Part shown: one piece after another, positions 8,865 to 17,980 of the stretch
Layout of the letters: each line of letters opens with the position of its first letter
How positions within the stretch are numbered: position 1 is the first letter of the stretch
Program-made: the position numbers and the translations under genes
Assembly: GCA_963762145.1 (NCBI GenBank)
Contig: CAVXJS010000008.1
Coordinates: 32,001-96,000 of the forward strand
DNA: 64,000 bases
Source: an uncultured Candidatus Rokubacteria bacterium
GTDB lineage: Bacteria > Methylomirabilota > Methylomirabilia > Rokubacteriales > CSP1-6
Direction of reading: 5' to 3'
Notes under the pieces: model-generated
Told to the model about the DNA's origin: nothing
Database searches by the model: none
What the model saw: only the letters and a program-made list of their open reading frames with translations

Positions 8865-9698
8865 ATGACCACGACAACCGCAGCGACGCGGCCCGACGAC
8901 GATCCGGGACTGACGGGACGGGTGGCCATCGTCACCGGCGGCGGGGCCGCCGGCGACGGCATCGGCAATGGCCGCGCGGCCTGCATCCTGCTGGCCCGTA
9001 GTGGGACCAACGTTTTGGTCGTCGACCGCGACGAGGGCCTCGCCAAGCGCACCGTCGAGATGATCGGCGCCGAGGGCGGGAAGGCCTCCGCGCTCTCGGT
9101 GGACGTCACCGACGAGGCGCAGTGCGCGGCGATGGCGCGCGAGGCGGTCGCCCGCTACGGCCGGCTCGACTTCCTGATCAACAACGTGGGCATCGGCAGC
9201 AAGGGGAGCGTGGTGGAGGAGAAGCCCGACACCTGGCGGCGGGTGATGCAGGTCAACGTCGAGACCATGTTCCTCGCCTCCAAGGCCGCGATCCCCGAGA
9301 TGATCCGCACCGCCCAGGGCGGCGCCATCGTGAACATCTCGTCGATCTCGGCGCTCCGTCCGCGCGGTCTCACCACCTACTCGGCCTCGAAGGGCGCGGT
9401 GATCGCGTTGAGCCGAGCCATGGCGGTGGACCACGGCCCCGACGGCATCCGGGTCAACTGCATCGCCCCCGGCCCGGTCTACACCCCGATGGTCTACGCG
9501 CGCGGCATGAGCCCGGAGGCGCGCGATCAGCGGCGCCGCGCCTCCGTCCTCGCCCGCGAGGGCACCGGCTGGGACATCGGCCAGGCCGCGCGCTTCCTGC
9601 TGTCGGGCCACGCCCGCTACATCACCGGCCATGTGCTGGTGGTGGACGGCGGCGCCACCCTGGTCGGGCCCGCCCGCGAGTCCCAGACCGAGCACTGA
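8865..9698 (+). CDS. Short-chain dehydrogenase/reductase
   Basis: TGGG..GIGNG, NNVGI, YSASK catalytic motif, IRVNCIAPG. Confidence 0.93.
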   Translation: MTTTTAATRPDDDPGLTGRVAIVTGGGAAGDGIGNGRAACILLARSGTNVLVVDRDEGLAKRTVEMIGAEGGKASALSVDVTDEAQCAAMAREAVARYGRLDFLINNVGIGSKGSVVEEKPDTWRRVMQVNVETMFLASKAAIPEMIRTAQGGAIVNISSISALRPRGLTTYSASKGAVIALSRAMAVDHGPDGIRVNCIAPGPVYTPMVYARGMSPEARDQRRRASVLAREGTGWDIGQAARFLLSGHARYITGHVLVVDGGATLVGPARESQTEH

Positions 9699-9712
9699 GC
9701 AAGGAGATCACG

Positions 9713-10648
9713 ATGCGCTTCGGCATGTTCACGAGCATGGGCAACCAGACGTGGCCGGCGGTGCTGGAGATGTGGAAGCACGCGGAGGCCACGAAGTGGG
9801 ACGTGGCCTGCGTGACCGACCACTTCATGCCGAACACGAAAGAGCGCGAGGGCGCGATGCTGGAGGGCTGGAGCACGCTCACCGCGCTCTCCACGCTGGT
9901 CCCGCGCATCCAGGTCGGCACGATCGTGCTCGGCAACACCTATCGTCACCCCGCGGTGGTGGCCAAGATGGCCGCGCAGGTGGATATCATCTCGGGCGGG
10001 CGGCTCCTGCTCGGGCTCGGCGCGGGCTGGCAGGAGAACGAGCACGAGGCCTACGGCATCCCGTTCTACACGATGCGCGAGCGCCTGGAGCGTCTCGACG
10101 AGGCCTGCCAGGTGATGAAGTCGCTGTGGACGCAGGACCGCAGCAACTTCAAGGGCCGCTACTACACGCTCTCCGACGCCCCGCTCCAGCCCAAGGCGGT
10201 GCAGAAGCCGCACCCCGAGCTGATGATCGGCGGCGGCGGCGAGAAGGTGACGCTCCTCACGGTGGCCCGCCACGCGGATCACTGGAACGTCTGGGGCGGG
10301 CCCAAGGTGCTGGCCCACAAGGGCCGCATCCTGGACGAGCACTGCGGCCGCGTGGGCCGCGACCCGAAGACCATCCGCCGCTCGGCCAACATGGCGCTGC
10401 TGATCACCGACAAGAAGGCGGAGGTGGACGCGCTCGCCGAGACGATCGGCACCCGCATGGGCCGCCACGCCGCGGACGCGCGCGACACCTGCCTGGCCGG
10501 CACCCCCGAGCAGATCCGGGCCACGCTGGCCGAGCTGCGGGCCGCCAAGGTGGACACCCTGTTCGTCCCGACCCTGTTCCGGCCCCTGCCCGAGCTGCGC
10601 CGGGACCTGGACCGCTTCATCGCGGAGATCGCGCCCGCGTTTCGCTGA
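9713..10648 (+). CDS. LLM-class oxidoreductase, probably F420-dependent (TIGR03560-like)
   Basis: SD AAGGAG; TDHFMP, GNTYRHPAVVAKMA, GLGAGWQENEH, IGGGGEK. Confidence 0.9.
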   Translation: MRFGMFTSMGNQTWPAVLEMWKHAEATKWDVACVTDHFMPNTKEREGAMLEGWSTLTALSTLVPRIQVGTIVLGNTYRHPAVVAKMAAQVDIISGGRLLLGLGAGWQENEHEAYGIPFYTMRERLERLDEACQVMKSLWTQDRSNFKGRYYTLSDAPLQPKAVQKPHPELMIGGGGEKVTLLTVARHADHWNVWGGPKVLAHKGRILDEHCGRVGRDPKTIRRSANMALLITDKKAEVDALAETIGTRMGRHAADARDTCLAGTPEQIRATLAELRAAKVDTLFVPTLFRPLPELRRDLDRFIAEIAPAFR

Positions 10649-10708
10649 GCCTCCAGGTAGGCTGCCCTGCAGGTAGGCTGAGGGCCGGGGCCGAGGCATA
10701 CTGAGCTC

Positions 10709-13700
10709 GTGACCCGACGCCGTCTGCTCGTCTCCGTCGCGGTCGTCCTGCTCGCCACGCTCGTGGTGACGGCGACCGCGCTCTGGCTCGCGCTGCCGAG
10801 CCTGGCCCGCTGGGCGCTGGTCCGGCAGGTCGCGGCCCAGGCCGGCCGCACGCTCACGATGCGGGAGTTCACCCTCGACCTGCGCGGCGGCCACCTGCGC
10901 ATCACCGGTCTCCGGCTCGACGACCGCGAGCCCGGCCCGCCGCTCGCCGAGCTCGACCGGCTCGAGGTCCGCTTCCGCCCGAGCACGCTGCTGCGCGGCC
11001 ACCTCTGGATCGAGGAGCTCGCGCTCGACAATCCCCGCGTGCGTATCGTTCGGACCGCGCGCGGAGTCCTGAACATCTCCGATCTCCTGGAGCCGTCCGG
11101 GCCCCGGAAGAGGACGGCCGCCGTCACCCTCGATCGCTTGGCGTTGACCGGTGGCGCGATCGTGTTCGAGGACCGCACGCTGACTCCGCCCCGCACCTGG
11201 CGGGCCGAGGCGCTGGCCGTCGAGGCGGCTCTGCTCTCCACCGTGAACCCCGAGCCGCGCGGCCACGGCCGGCTCACCACGAAGGTGGCGGGCGCCCCGC
11301 TGTTGGTCGAGATGTCCGAGGTGCGCCTCGCCCCGATGCACGGGCGCGTGCGGGTCAACTTGAGCAACATGGACGCGACCCTCGCCAACCTGTACCTGTC
11401 GGCCGACACCGCGGTCGTGCTCGAGCGCGCCCTCGTCTCGGCCGGGCTCACCATCACTGCGGACGCGCAGGACGGGCTTCGGCTCGACGGCCAGGCCCGG
11501 CTCGACAACGTGACGGTGCGCCGCCGCGGCGCGGACACCTCGCTGGTAACCGTGCCGTCGCTGACCTTCGTGCTGACCACCGTGAACGGCGCGGACGGGC
11601 GGCCGCGCGGCCACGTCGAGGTCGTCGGCCGTGCCACCGTGCACGATCCGCGGCCCGGCCAGACCAATCGCTTCGAGCTGGACCGCATCAAGCTGGTGAT
11701 GGACGGCCTGGACGCTTCGGGGCGGGCGCCCGCCCAGGTCGCGCTCACCGCGACGCTGCCGGGCGGCGGCGCGCTCGACGTGCAGGGCACCGCGCGCTCC
11801 ACCCCCCTCGGGTCGACCCTGCGCGCGCGGATCAGCCGCGTGGACCTGGCCTTCTGGGCGCCCTATCTCGACCTGCCGCTTCAGTTCAACGGCATGATCG
11901 AGACCGACCTCACGGTGGACGTCACCGGCCCGGCCGCCGGAGCGGCAGGCGGCGTCACGACACGCGTCCGCGGGCGCGCCACCCTCAACGACGCCACCGT
12001 CTTCGGGCCCCGGGGCATCGACGCACCGACTCCCGACGCCGCCCCCGCCGGCGTCGCGCCGGCGGACCGGACGCGCGAGGGCCGACGCCGGCTCCTCGCC
12101 GCCGAGCGGATGGAGCTGACCGGGCTCGACGCGCAGTGGCCCAAGGTGCGCATCGAGCGCCTCCGTCTGGCCCGGCCGCGGGTGACCATCGAGCGGGACC
12201 GCACGGGGCACTTCCCGATCGTGGACGTGGTGCAAGCGCTCCGGCCCAGGCCGGCGGCCACGCCGTCGGCCGCCCCCGCCGCCAGGCCGCCGGGAGCGAC
12301 CACCGGCGCGCTCGCGCTCGAGATCGGCGAGGTCGCGGTCGAGCAGGGCCGGGTCCGCTTCGACGATGCCACGGTCGCGCCCATCGCGCGCCTGCGGATC
12401 GAGCCGATCGCGCTCACCGCGAACGCCGTCACCTGGCCGGAGGGCCGGCCCGGCCGGGTCAAGCTCACCGCCGGCACGCCCGAGGCCGGCACGGTCGATG
12501 CCGAGGGCACCGTCGCGCTCGACCCCGTCCGCTTCGAGCTCCGCGCGCGCGCCACCGGCGTCGCGCTCGCGCCGTACCGCGCCTACGTGCCGCTGAGCGC
12601 GCGCCTGCAGGGCCGGCTCGAGGCGGACCTGACGCTCAAGGGCCAGCTCGGCGAGCCGATGCAGCTCAACGCCCGCGGCACCACCGCGCTCGTCGACGTC
12701 TCCTTCTCCGACGGTGATCGGCCCGTGCTCACCGTCGGCCGGATCGAGACGAGCGGCGTCGACTACACCTGGCCCGCCACCGCCGTCATCGAGCGCGTGC
12801 ACATGAAGAAGTCGTGGGTGCACATCGAGCGGCGGCCCGACGGTACCCTGCCGATCACGACCCTGTTCGCCCCGCCGCGCCCGGCGGCGGGCGCGGGCCC
12901 GGCCGCCCCCGCGCCCGCCGCGGCCCCGCCGCCCGGAGCGGCGCCCACCCCGCCGGCGACCGCCGACGCGATCAAGCCGGCCGTGACCGTACGGGAGACC
13001 ATCTTCGAGGACGGCAGCGCGACGATCACGGACGCGGCGGTGAGCCCGGTCGCGCGCCTCGAGGTGACCGGCGCGCGCCTGTCCTCGCGCGATTTCCAGT
13101 GGCCTGCCCGCGGGCCGATCCCGGTGCAGCTCGACATGTCCGCGCCGGGGTCCGGAACGATCAGCTCGAAGGGGCAGCTCGACCTCACGACCCGGACGAT
13201 CGAGGCCCAGGTCACGCCGCGCGGCGTGGATCTCTCGCCGGCGCGGCCCTACCTGCCGCTGCGTGGGCGGATCGCGGGCAAGGCGAGCGGGGACCTACTC
13301 GTGAAGGCGACGCTCGAGCCGCTCGCGATCACCGCGCGCGGCACGGCCACGCTGGCCGACCTGGCCGTGGCCGACGGCGACCGGCCGGTGGCCACCGCGG
13401 CCCGGCTCGAGACCACCGGGATCGACTACACGTGGCCGGCGACCGTGGTGGTGGAGGCCGTGCGGCTGCAGAAGCCGTGGGCCCAGATCGAGCGCGCGGC
13501 CGACGGAAGCTTCCCCATCGCCGCGCTGCTCACCCCGCCGCCCGCCCCGTCGGCGCCGAAGACGCCCCAGCCCAAGCCGGAGCCGAAGGTCGACGTCCGC
13601 GTGCGCCGCGCCGCGATCGAGGACGGCGTGATCGCGATCGTGGATGGCGCGGTGAGCCCGCCGGGCCGCATCCAGCTCCAGGGCGCGAGCCTTCAGATCG

Positions 13701-15400
13701 AGAACATCGGCTGGCCGGCGCGCGAGGCCTCCCAGGTGAAGCTGCGCACGCAGACCGCCACCGGCGGACATCTCGAGGCCCAGGGGCAGCTTCGCGTGGA
13801 CACCCAGACGGTGGACATGCAGATCGCGGCCAAGCAGCTCGACCTGGCGACGATGCAGGCCTTCCTGCCCTCGCGCGGCACCATCGAGGGCAAGATGGAC
13901 GCCGACCTGCGCGTGCGGGGCACGCTGGCGCCCCTGTCCGTCGCGGCCACCGGCCGGCTCGCCTTCGACGACCCCACCTTCGGTGACGGGCAGCGCATGC
14001 TCGCCTACATCAAGCGGGTGGACGTGGCCCGTCTCGACGCGGACTGGCCGCGCCGCGTGACGGTCGAGCGCGTCGCCGTCGACAAGCCGTGGCTCCTCCT
14101 CGAGCGCGAGACCGACGGCACGGTGCCGCTGCTCGGCCTCCTGGTGGCGAGCCCGTCCACCCCGAAGACCGCGCCAGCGCCGCCCGGTCCGGCGGCGCCC
14201 GCGCCACGCGACCGGGTCGCGGCCGCGCCGGGCGCCCCGACGGGCGCCGCCACGCCGCCACCCGTGGTCAGGGTCGGCGCGCTCGCGGTGGAGGAGGGCT
14301 TCGTGCGGTTCGTGGATCGCTCCACCACGCCGGCCTTCGTCGAGGAGGCCTCCCGCATTGCGCTGACCGGCCGTGGGCTCGGGACCGCGCCCGACAGCCG
14401 CGGCCAGGTGGCCATGAACGGGCGGCTCACCGGCGGCGCGCCCTTCGAGATCAAGGGCACGCTGGGCGCGATCGGCGGCCCGCTCAACCTCGAGCTCGAC
14501 GGCAAGCTGAGCGACTTCCCGCTCACGCGCGTGAATCCCTACAGCAACAAGCTCATCGGCTGGGTCGCGCGGCGCGGCGCGTTCGGCGCCACCGTGCACT
14601 ATCGGGTGGTGAACGACCGGATCGAGGCCACCAACGACCTGCTCATCGGCCAGCCCGAGTACGCCCCGTCGCGCAGCGGTGACGAGGTTCGCGACCGGGT
14701 CGGGGTGCCCTTCGGCATGCTCGTCTCCCTGCTCAAGAACGTGCGCGGGGAGATCAAGCTCGAGGTGCCGCTCTCGGGCGACCTCGCGTCGGGCCAGTTC
14801 GATCTGAGCGACGCGTTCTGGGCCGCGATGCGCAAGACCGCGGTCAGCGTGATGGCCCTGCCGCTCAGCTGGGTGGGCAAGATCTTCTACACCGAGGACG
14901 CGCGGATCGAGACGGTGCAGATCTGGCCGGTCTACTTCGAGGCGGGCACCACCCGCATCACGCGCGACTTCGAGCAGCACGCCGAGCGGCTCGCCGGCTT
15001 CCTGCGGGAGGCGCCAGGGGTGACGCTGGCCATGAAGCCCGTCCACACCGTGGAGGACATCGTGGCGCTCAAGCGCGCGGCGGTGCGCCAGCGCATCGAC
15101 GCGGGCGCCCGCGAGCCGGGGCAGACCGCGGAGGCGGTCACGGCGCGGCTCTTCGCGGAGCGCTATCCCGGTCAGCCCGCGCCGTCGGGGCTGGAGGCGC
15201 TCGTGACCGAGCTGGTGAAGGCCGAGCCGAATCCGGACGCGGCGGCCCGCACCCTCGCGACCCAGCGCATGGAGATCACCCGCACCCGCCTGCAGGCCGC
15301 CAAGGGAAGCGCCAACGCCGAGCGCCTGCGCGCCACCGAGGGCGTGGTCCCGGTCGAAGCCTCCGGCCAGGGCCGAGTCGAATTCGAGATCGTCCCCTGA
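10709..15400 (+). CDS. Large DUF748/AsmA-like envelope protein with internal repeats
   Basis: 1563 aa; N-terminal TM anchor; LDRLEVRF..LWIEELALDNPRVRIVR..LNISDL; repeated beta-rich units; C-terminal LLKNVRGEIKLEVPLSGDL typical of DUF748 proteins. Confidence 0.85.
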   Translation: MTRRRLLVSVAVVLLATLVVTATALWLALPSLARWALVRQVAAQAGRTLTMREFTLDLRGGHLRITGLRLDDREPGPPLAELDRLEVRFRPSTLLRGHLWIEELALDNPRVRIVRTARGVLNISDLLEPSGPRKRTAAVTLDRLALTGGAIVFEDRTLTPPRTWRAEALAVEAALLSTVNPEPRGHGRLTTKVAGAPLLVEMSEVRLAPMHGRVRVNLSNMDATLANLYLSADTAVVLERALVSAGLTITADAQDGLRLDGQARLDNVTVRRRGADTSLVTVPSLTFVLTTVNGADGRPRGHVEVVGRATVHDPRPGQTNRFELDRIKLVMDGLDASGRAPAQVALTATLPGGGALDVQGTARSTPLGSTLRARISRVDLAFWAPYLDLPLQFNGMIETDLTVDVTGPAAGAAGGVTTRVRGRATLNDATVFGPRGIDAPTPDAAPAGVAPADRTREGRRRLLAAERMELTGLDAQWPKVRIERLRLARPRVTIERDRTGHFPIVDVVQALRPRPAATPSAAPAARPPGATTGALALEIGEVAVEQGRVRFDDATVAPIARLRIEPIALTANAVTWPEGRPGRVKLTAGTPEAGTVDAEGTVALDPVRFELRARATGVALAPYRAYVPLSARLQGRLEADLTLKGQLGEPMQLNARGTTALVDVSFSDGDRPVLTVGRIETSGVDYTWPATAVIERVHMKKSWVHIERRPDGTLPITTLFAPPRPAAGAGPAAPAPAAAPPPGAAPTPPATADAIKPAVTVRETIFEDGSATITDAAVSPVARLEVTGARLSSRDFQWPARGPIPVQLDMSAPGSGTISSKGQLDLTTRTIEAQVTPRGVDLSPARPYLPLRGRIAGKASGDLLVKATLEPLAITARGTATLADLAVADGDRPVATAARLETTGIDYTWPATVVVEAVRLQKPWAQIERAADGSFPIAALLTPPPAPSAPKTPQPKPEPKVDVRVRRAAIEDGVIAIVDGAVSPPGRIQLQGASLQIENIGWPAREASQVKLRTQTATGGHLEAQGQLRVDTQTVDMQIAAKQLDLATMQAFLPSRGTIEGKMDADLRVRGTLAPLSVAATGRLAFDDPTFGDGQRMLAYIKRVDVARLDADWPRRVTVERVAVDKPWLLLERETDGTVPLLGLLVASPSTPKTAPAPPGPAAPAPRDRVAAAPGAPTGAATPPPVVRVGALAVEEGFVRFVDRSTTPAFVEEASRIALTGRGLGTAPDSRGQVAMNGRLTGGAPFEIKGTLGAIGGPLNLELDGKLSDFPLTRVNPYSNKLIGWVARRGAFGATVHYRVVNDRIEATNDLLIGQPEYAPSRSGDEVRDRVGVPFGMLVSLLKNVRGEIKLEVPLSGDLASGQFDLSDAFWAAMRKTAVSVMALPLSWVGKIFYTEDARIETVQIWPVYFEAGTTRITRDFEQHAERLAGFLREAPGVTLAMKPVHTVEDIVALKRAAVRQRIDAGAREPGQTAEAVTARLFAERYPGQPAPSGLEALVTELVKAEPNPDAAARTLATQRMEITRTRLQAAKGSANAERLRATEGVVPVEASGQGRVEFEIVP

Positions 15401-15402
15401 TC

Positions 15403-15486
15403 GGGGTCAGGTCTTGAATTACGACATTTCAACCCGGCCCGGCCCCACGTCTCCTCAGGGAATGTCGTAATTCAAGACCTGACCCC
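15403..15486. repeat. Palindromic REP/REPIN-like element, family A copy 1
   Basis: Perfect 26-bp inverted repeat GGGGTCAGGTCTTGAATTACGACATT at 15403-15428 and 15461-15486, between convergent genes. Confidence 0.9.
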
Positions 15487-16077
15487 AAACTGCGGGTTGT
15501 CGGTGCGGTCGATGAGGGACTCGGGGCCCTCGGTGGGCAGGGCCTCGGCGTAGTTCTGGGCCGCGTCGATGTCCTGCTCCCAGACGTCGCGCGGCAGCTC
15601 GTAGAGGACCTCGATCCCGTGGCCGTCCGGGTCCGAGATGTACACGCTGTGGGTCATGCCGTGGTTGATACGCCGGTGAAACGTGACGCCCTTGGCCTGC
15701 AGGAACTCGAGCTGCTTGAGCCACGACTCGCGATCGGGCCAGGCGATGGCCACGTGGTTGAGGCCGACCTTGGGCCCCATCAGGCTCCACGTCTCGGGCG
15801 CGCCCTCCGCCACCGCCCCGTCCTTGCGCGGCACCTCGGCGAGGGCCAGGTCGTGGTGCGAGACATCGCCGTTGTCGGCGACGCCGCTGTAGAAGCGCAT
15901 CTTCGGCCGGACCTTCCCGGGCTGGGGCTTGAGCTCCGCCACGCACCGGAAGCCCACGATCTCGGTCCAGAAGCGGTGCGAGACCTCGATATCCCGCACG
16001 TTGAGCACGATGTGGTTCACGCCGCGCGGCGTCTGGGCGCTCCCGGCGGCACGAACGTCCGATTCGGTCTTGGCCAT
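15472..16077 (-). CDS. VOC/glyoxalase family protein
   Basis: GVNHIVLNVRD, HHDLAL, GLNHVAI, SVYISDPDGHGIEV motifs. Confidence 0.9.
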   Translation of the reverse strand: MAKTESDVRAAGSAQTPRGVNHIVLNVRDIEVSHRFWTEIVGFRCVAELKPQPGKVRPKMRFYSGVADNGDVSHHDLALAEVPRKDGAVAEGAPETWSLMGPKVGLNHVAIAWPDRESWLKQLEFLQAKGVTFHRRINHGMTHSVYISDPDGHGIEVLYELPRDVWEQDIDAAQNYAEALPTEGPESLIDRTDNPQFGVRS

Positions 16078-16141
16078 GGCTCTCTCCTCGGCGGCGACTA
16101 TCGCCTGCCCGCCGATGATACCGTGCCGGGGCGCCCCTGCG

Positions 16142-17023
16142 CTAGGCGCGCAGCCGGGGGTCGAGCGCGTCGCGGATGGCGTCGCCCACGAAGTTGAGGC
16201 CGACCACGGTGATGAACAGCGCGGCGCCCGGCCCGAAGACGATCCAGGGCGCCTGCTGGAGATACCCCCGCCCCGCGTTGATCATGCTGCCCCAGGAGGC
16301 GGCCGGCGGCTGGATGCCCAGGCCCAGGAAGGACAGCGAGGCCTCGGCGAGGATCGCGAAGGCCACGCTCAGCGAGGCCTGGACCACGATGGGCGCGGTC
16401 GCGTTCGGCAGCACGTGCGACCAGGCGATGCGCCAGCCGGGCGCCCCGAGCGCGCGGGCCGCGTCCACGTAATCGCGCGCCATGATCGACAGCACCTGCC
16501 CGCGCATGAGCCGGGCGAACGTGGGCGTGTAGACCACGCCGAGCGCGATGACCACGCCGGTGAGCCCGGCCCCGAGCACCGCGCCCAGGGCCAGCGCCAG
16601 CACCAGCGGCGGGAACGAGAGCACCGCGTCCATCACCCGCATGACCAGGTTGTCCACCCGGCCGCCCGCGTAGCCGGCGAGCAGGCCGAGCAGCGCGCCG
16701 GCCAGCACCGCGATGGCCACCGAGCCGAAGCCGGCGACCAGCGAGACGCGCGTGCCCCAGATCACCCGCGAGAGCACGTCGCGGCCGACGTTGTCGGTGC
16801 CGAGGAAGTGCGTCCGGTCGGGGCGGGCGAGCGTGTTGTTGAGGTTCTGCTTGAGCGGATCGTAGGGCGCCACCAGCGGCGCGAGCAGCGCCGCCATGAT
16901 CGCCAGCAGCATCACCGCGGCGCCGAACGGGGCCAGGCGCGCCCGGGCCGCGCGGCGCAGGGTCTCCCAGCGCCGGTCACGGACCGAGCGGGACGGCGCG
17001 GACGCCACGAGGATGGTGGCCAC
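16142..17023 (-). CDS. Peptide/nickel ABC transporter permease (DppC/OppC-like)
   Basis: LGTDNVGRDVLSR, EAA-loop YVDAARALGA, EASLSFLGLG. Confidence 0.93.
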   Translation of the reverse strand: MATILVASAPSRSVRDRRWETLRRAARARLAPFGAAVMLLAIMAALLAPLVAPYDPLKQNLNNTLARPDRTHFLGTDNVGRDVLSRVIWGTRVSLVAGFGSVAIAVLAGALLGLLAGYAGGRVDNLVMRVMDAVLSFPPLVLALALGAVLGAGLTGVVIALGVVYTPTFARLMRGQVLSIMARDYVDAARALGAPGWRIAWSHVLPNATAPIVVQASLSVAFAILAEASLSFLGLGIQPPAASWGSMINAGRGYLQQAPWIVFGPGAALFITVVGLNFVGDAIRDALDPRLRA

Positions 17024-17027
17024 GGCG

Positions 17028-17973
17028 TCAGCGATGCCGGATCCGCGGGTCGATCCAGCCGTAGAGCAGGTCGACCATCAGGTTGCTCAGGATGAAGCCC
17101 ACCGCGATCAGCAGCACCACGCCCTGCACCAGCGGGTAGTCGCGCGCGAACACCGCGTCCACCACCAGGCGTCCCACGCCGGGCAGCGCGAACACGTACT
17201 CGGTGATGACCGCGCCGCCGATCAGGGTGCCGAGCTGCAGGCCGAGCACGGTGACCACCGGGATCAGCGCGTTCTTGAGCGCGTGCCGCCGGATCACCGC
17301 GCCGTCCGAGAGGCCCTTGGCGCGCGCGGTGCGGACGTAGTCCTCGGAGAGCGCCTCGAGCATGCTCGAGCGCAGCGTGCGCGTGATCACCGCGGCCAGG
17401 GCCAGGCCGAGCGTGATCGCGGGCAGCGCGAGCGAGCGAATCCCGTCCCAGGGCTCCTCCATCGGATCCACGTAGCCCGAGATCGGCAGCCAGCGGAGGG
17501 TGACGCCGAAGAGGAAGATCAGCAGCAGCGCGATCAGGAAGTTCGGCATGCAGATGCCGAAGAGGGCGAACGAGGTGCCGAAGCGGTCGAGCGGCGAGTT
17601 GCGGCGCGCCGCCGAGAGGATGCCGATCGGGATGGCCACCAGCAGCGAGATGGCCATCGCGAAGCCCGGCGAGCTGAAGGCTCGGCTTGATGCGCCGGCC
17701 CACGTTCTCGATCACCGGCTCCTGATTGCGGATGGACCGGCCGAGGTCGCCCTGGAGCAGGCGCCCCATCCACGTCGCGTACTGCAGGTAGAGCGGCCGG
17801 TCGAGGCCCAGGTCGCTCCGGAGCTGCCGCTTGACGCTGTCGTCTACCGACTCCGCCATCATCGCGTCGATCGGGTCGCCGGGCGTGAGGTGGATGAGCG
17901 CGAAGACCCCCGCGGTGACCAGCAGCAGCACCGGGATCGTCGCGAGCAGCCGGCGGAGGATCAGCAGGCCCAC
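17028..17973 (-). CDS. Peptide/nickel ABC transporter permease (DppB/OppB-like), one apparent frameshift near 17670
   Basis: PGDPID..GLDRPLYLQY in ORF 16912..17973 joins DYVRTARAKGL, RDYPLVQG in ORF 17028..17657. Confidence 0.88.
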
Positions 17974-17980
17974 CGCCGGG

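Noticed and set aside
9617-15046. Very long antisense ORFs (9617..12823, 13295..15046 and similar elsewhere)
   Set aside because: Shadow frames of high-GC coding genes; no recognisable motifs.
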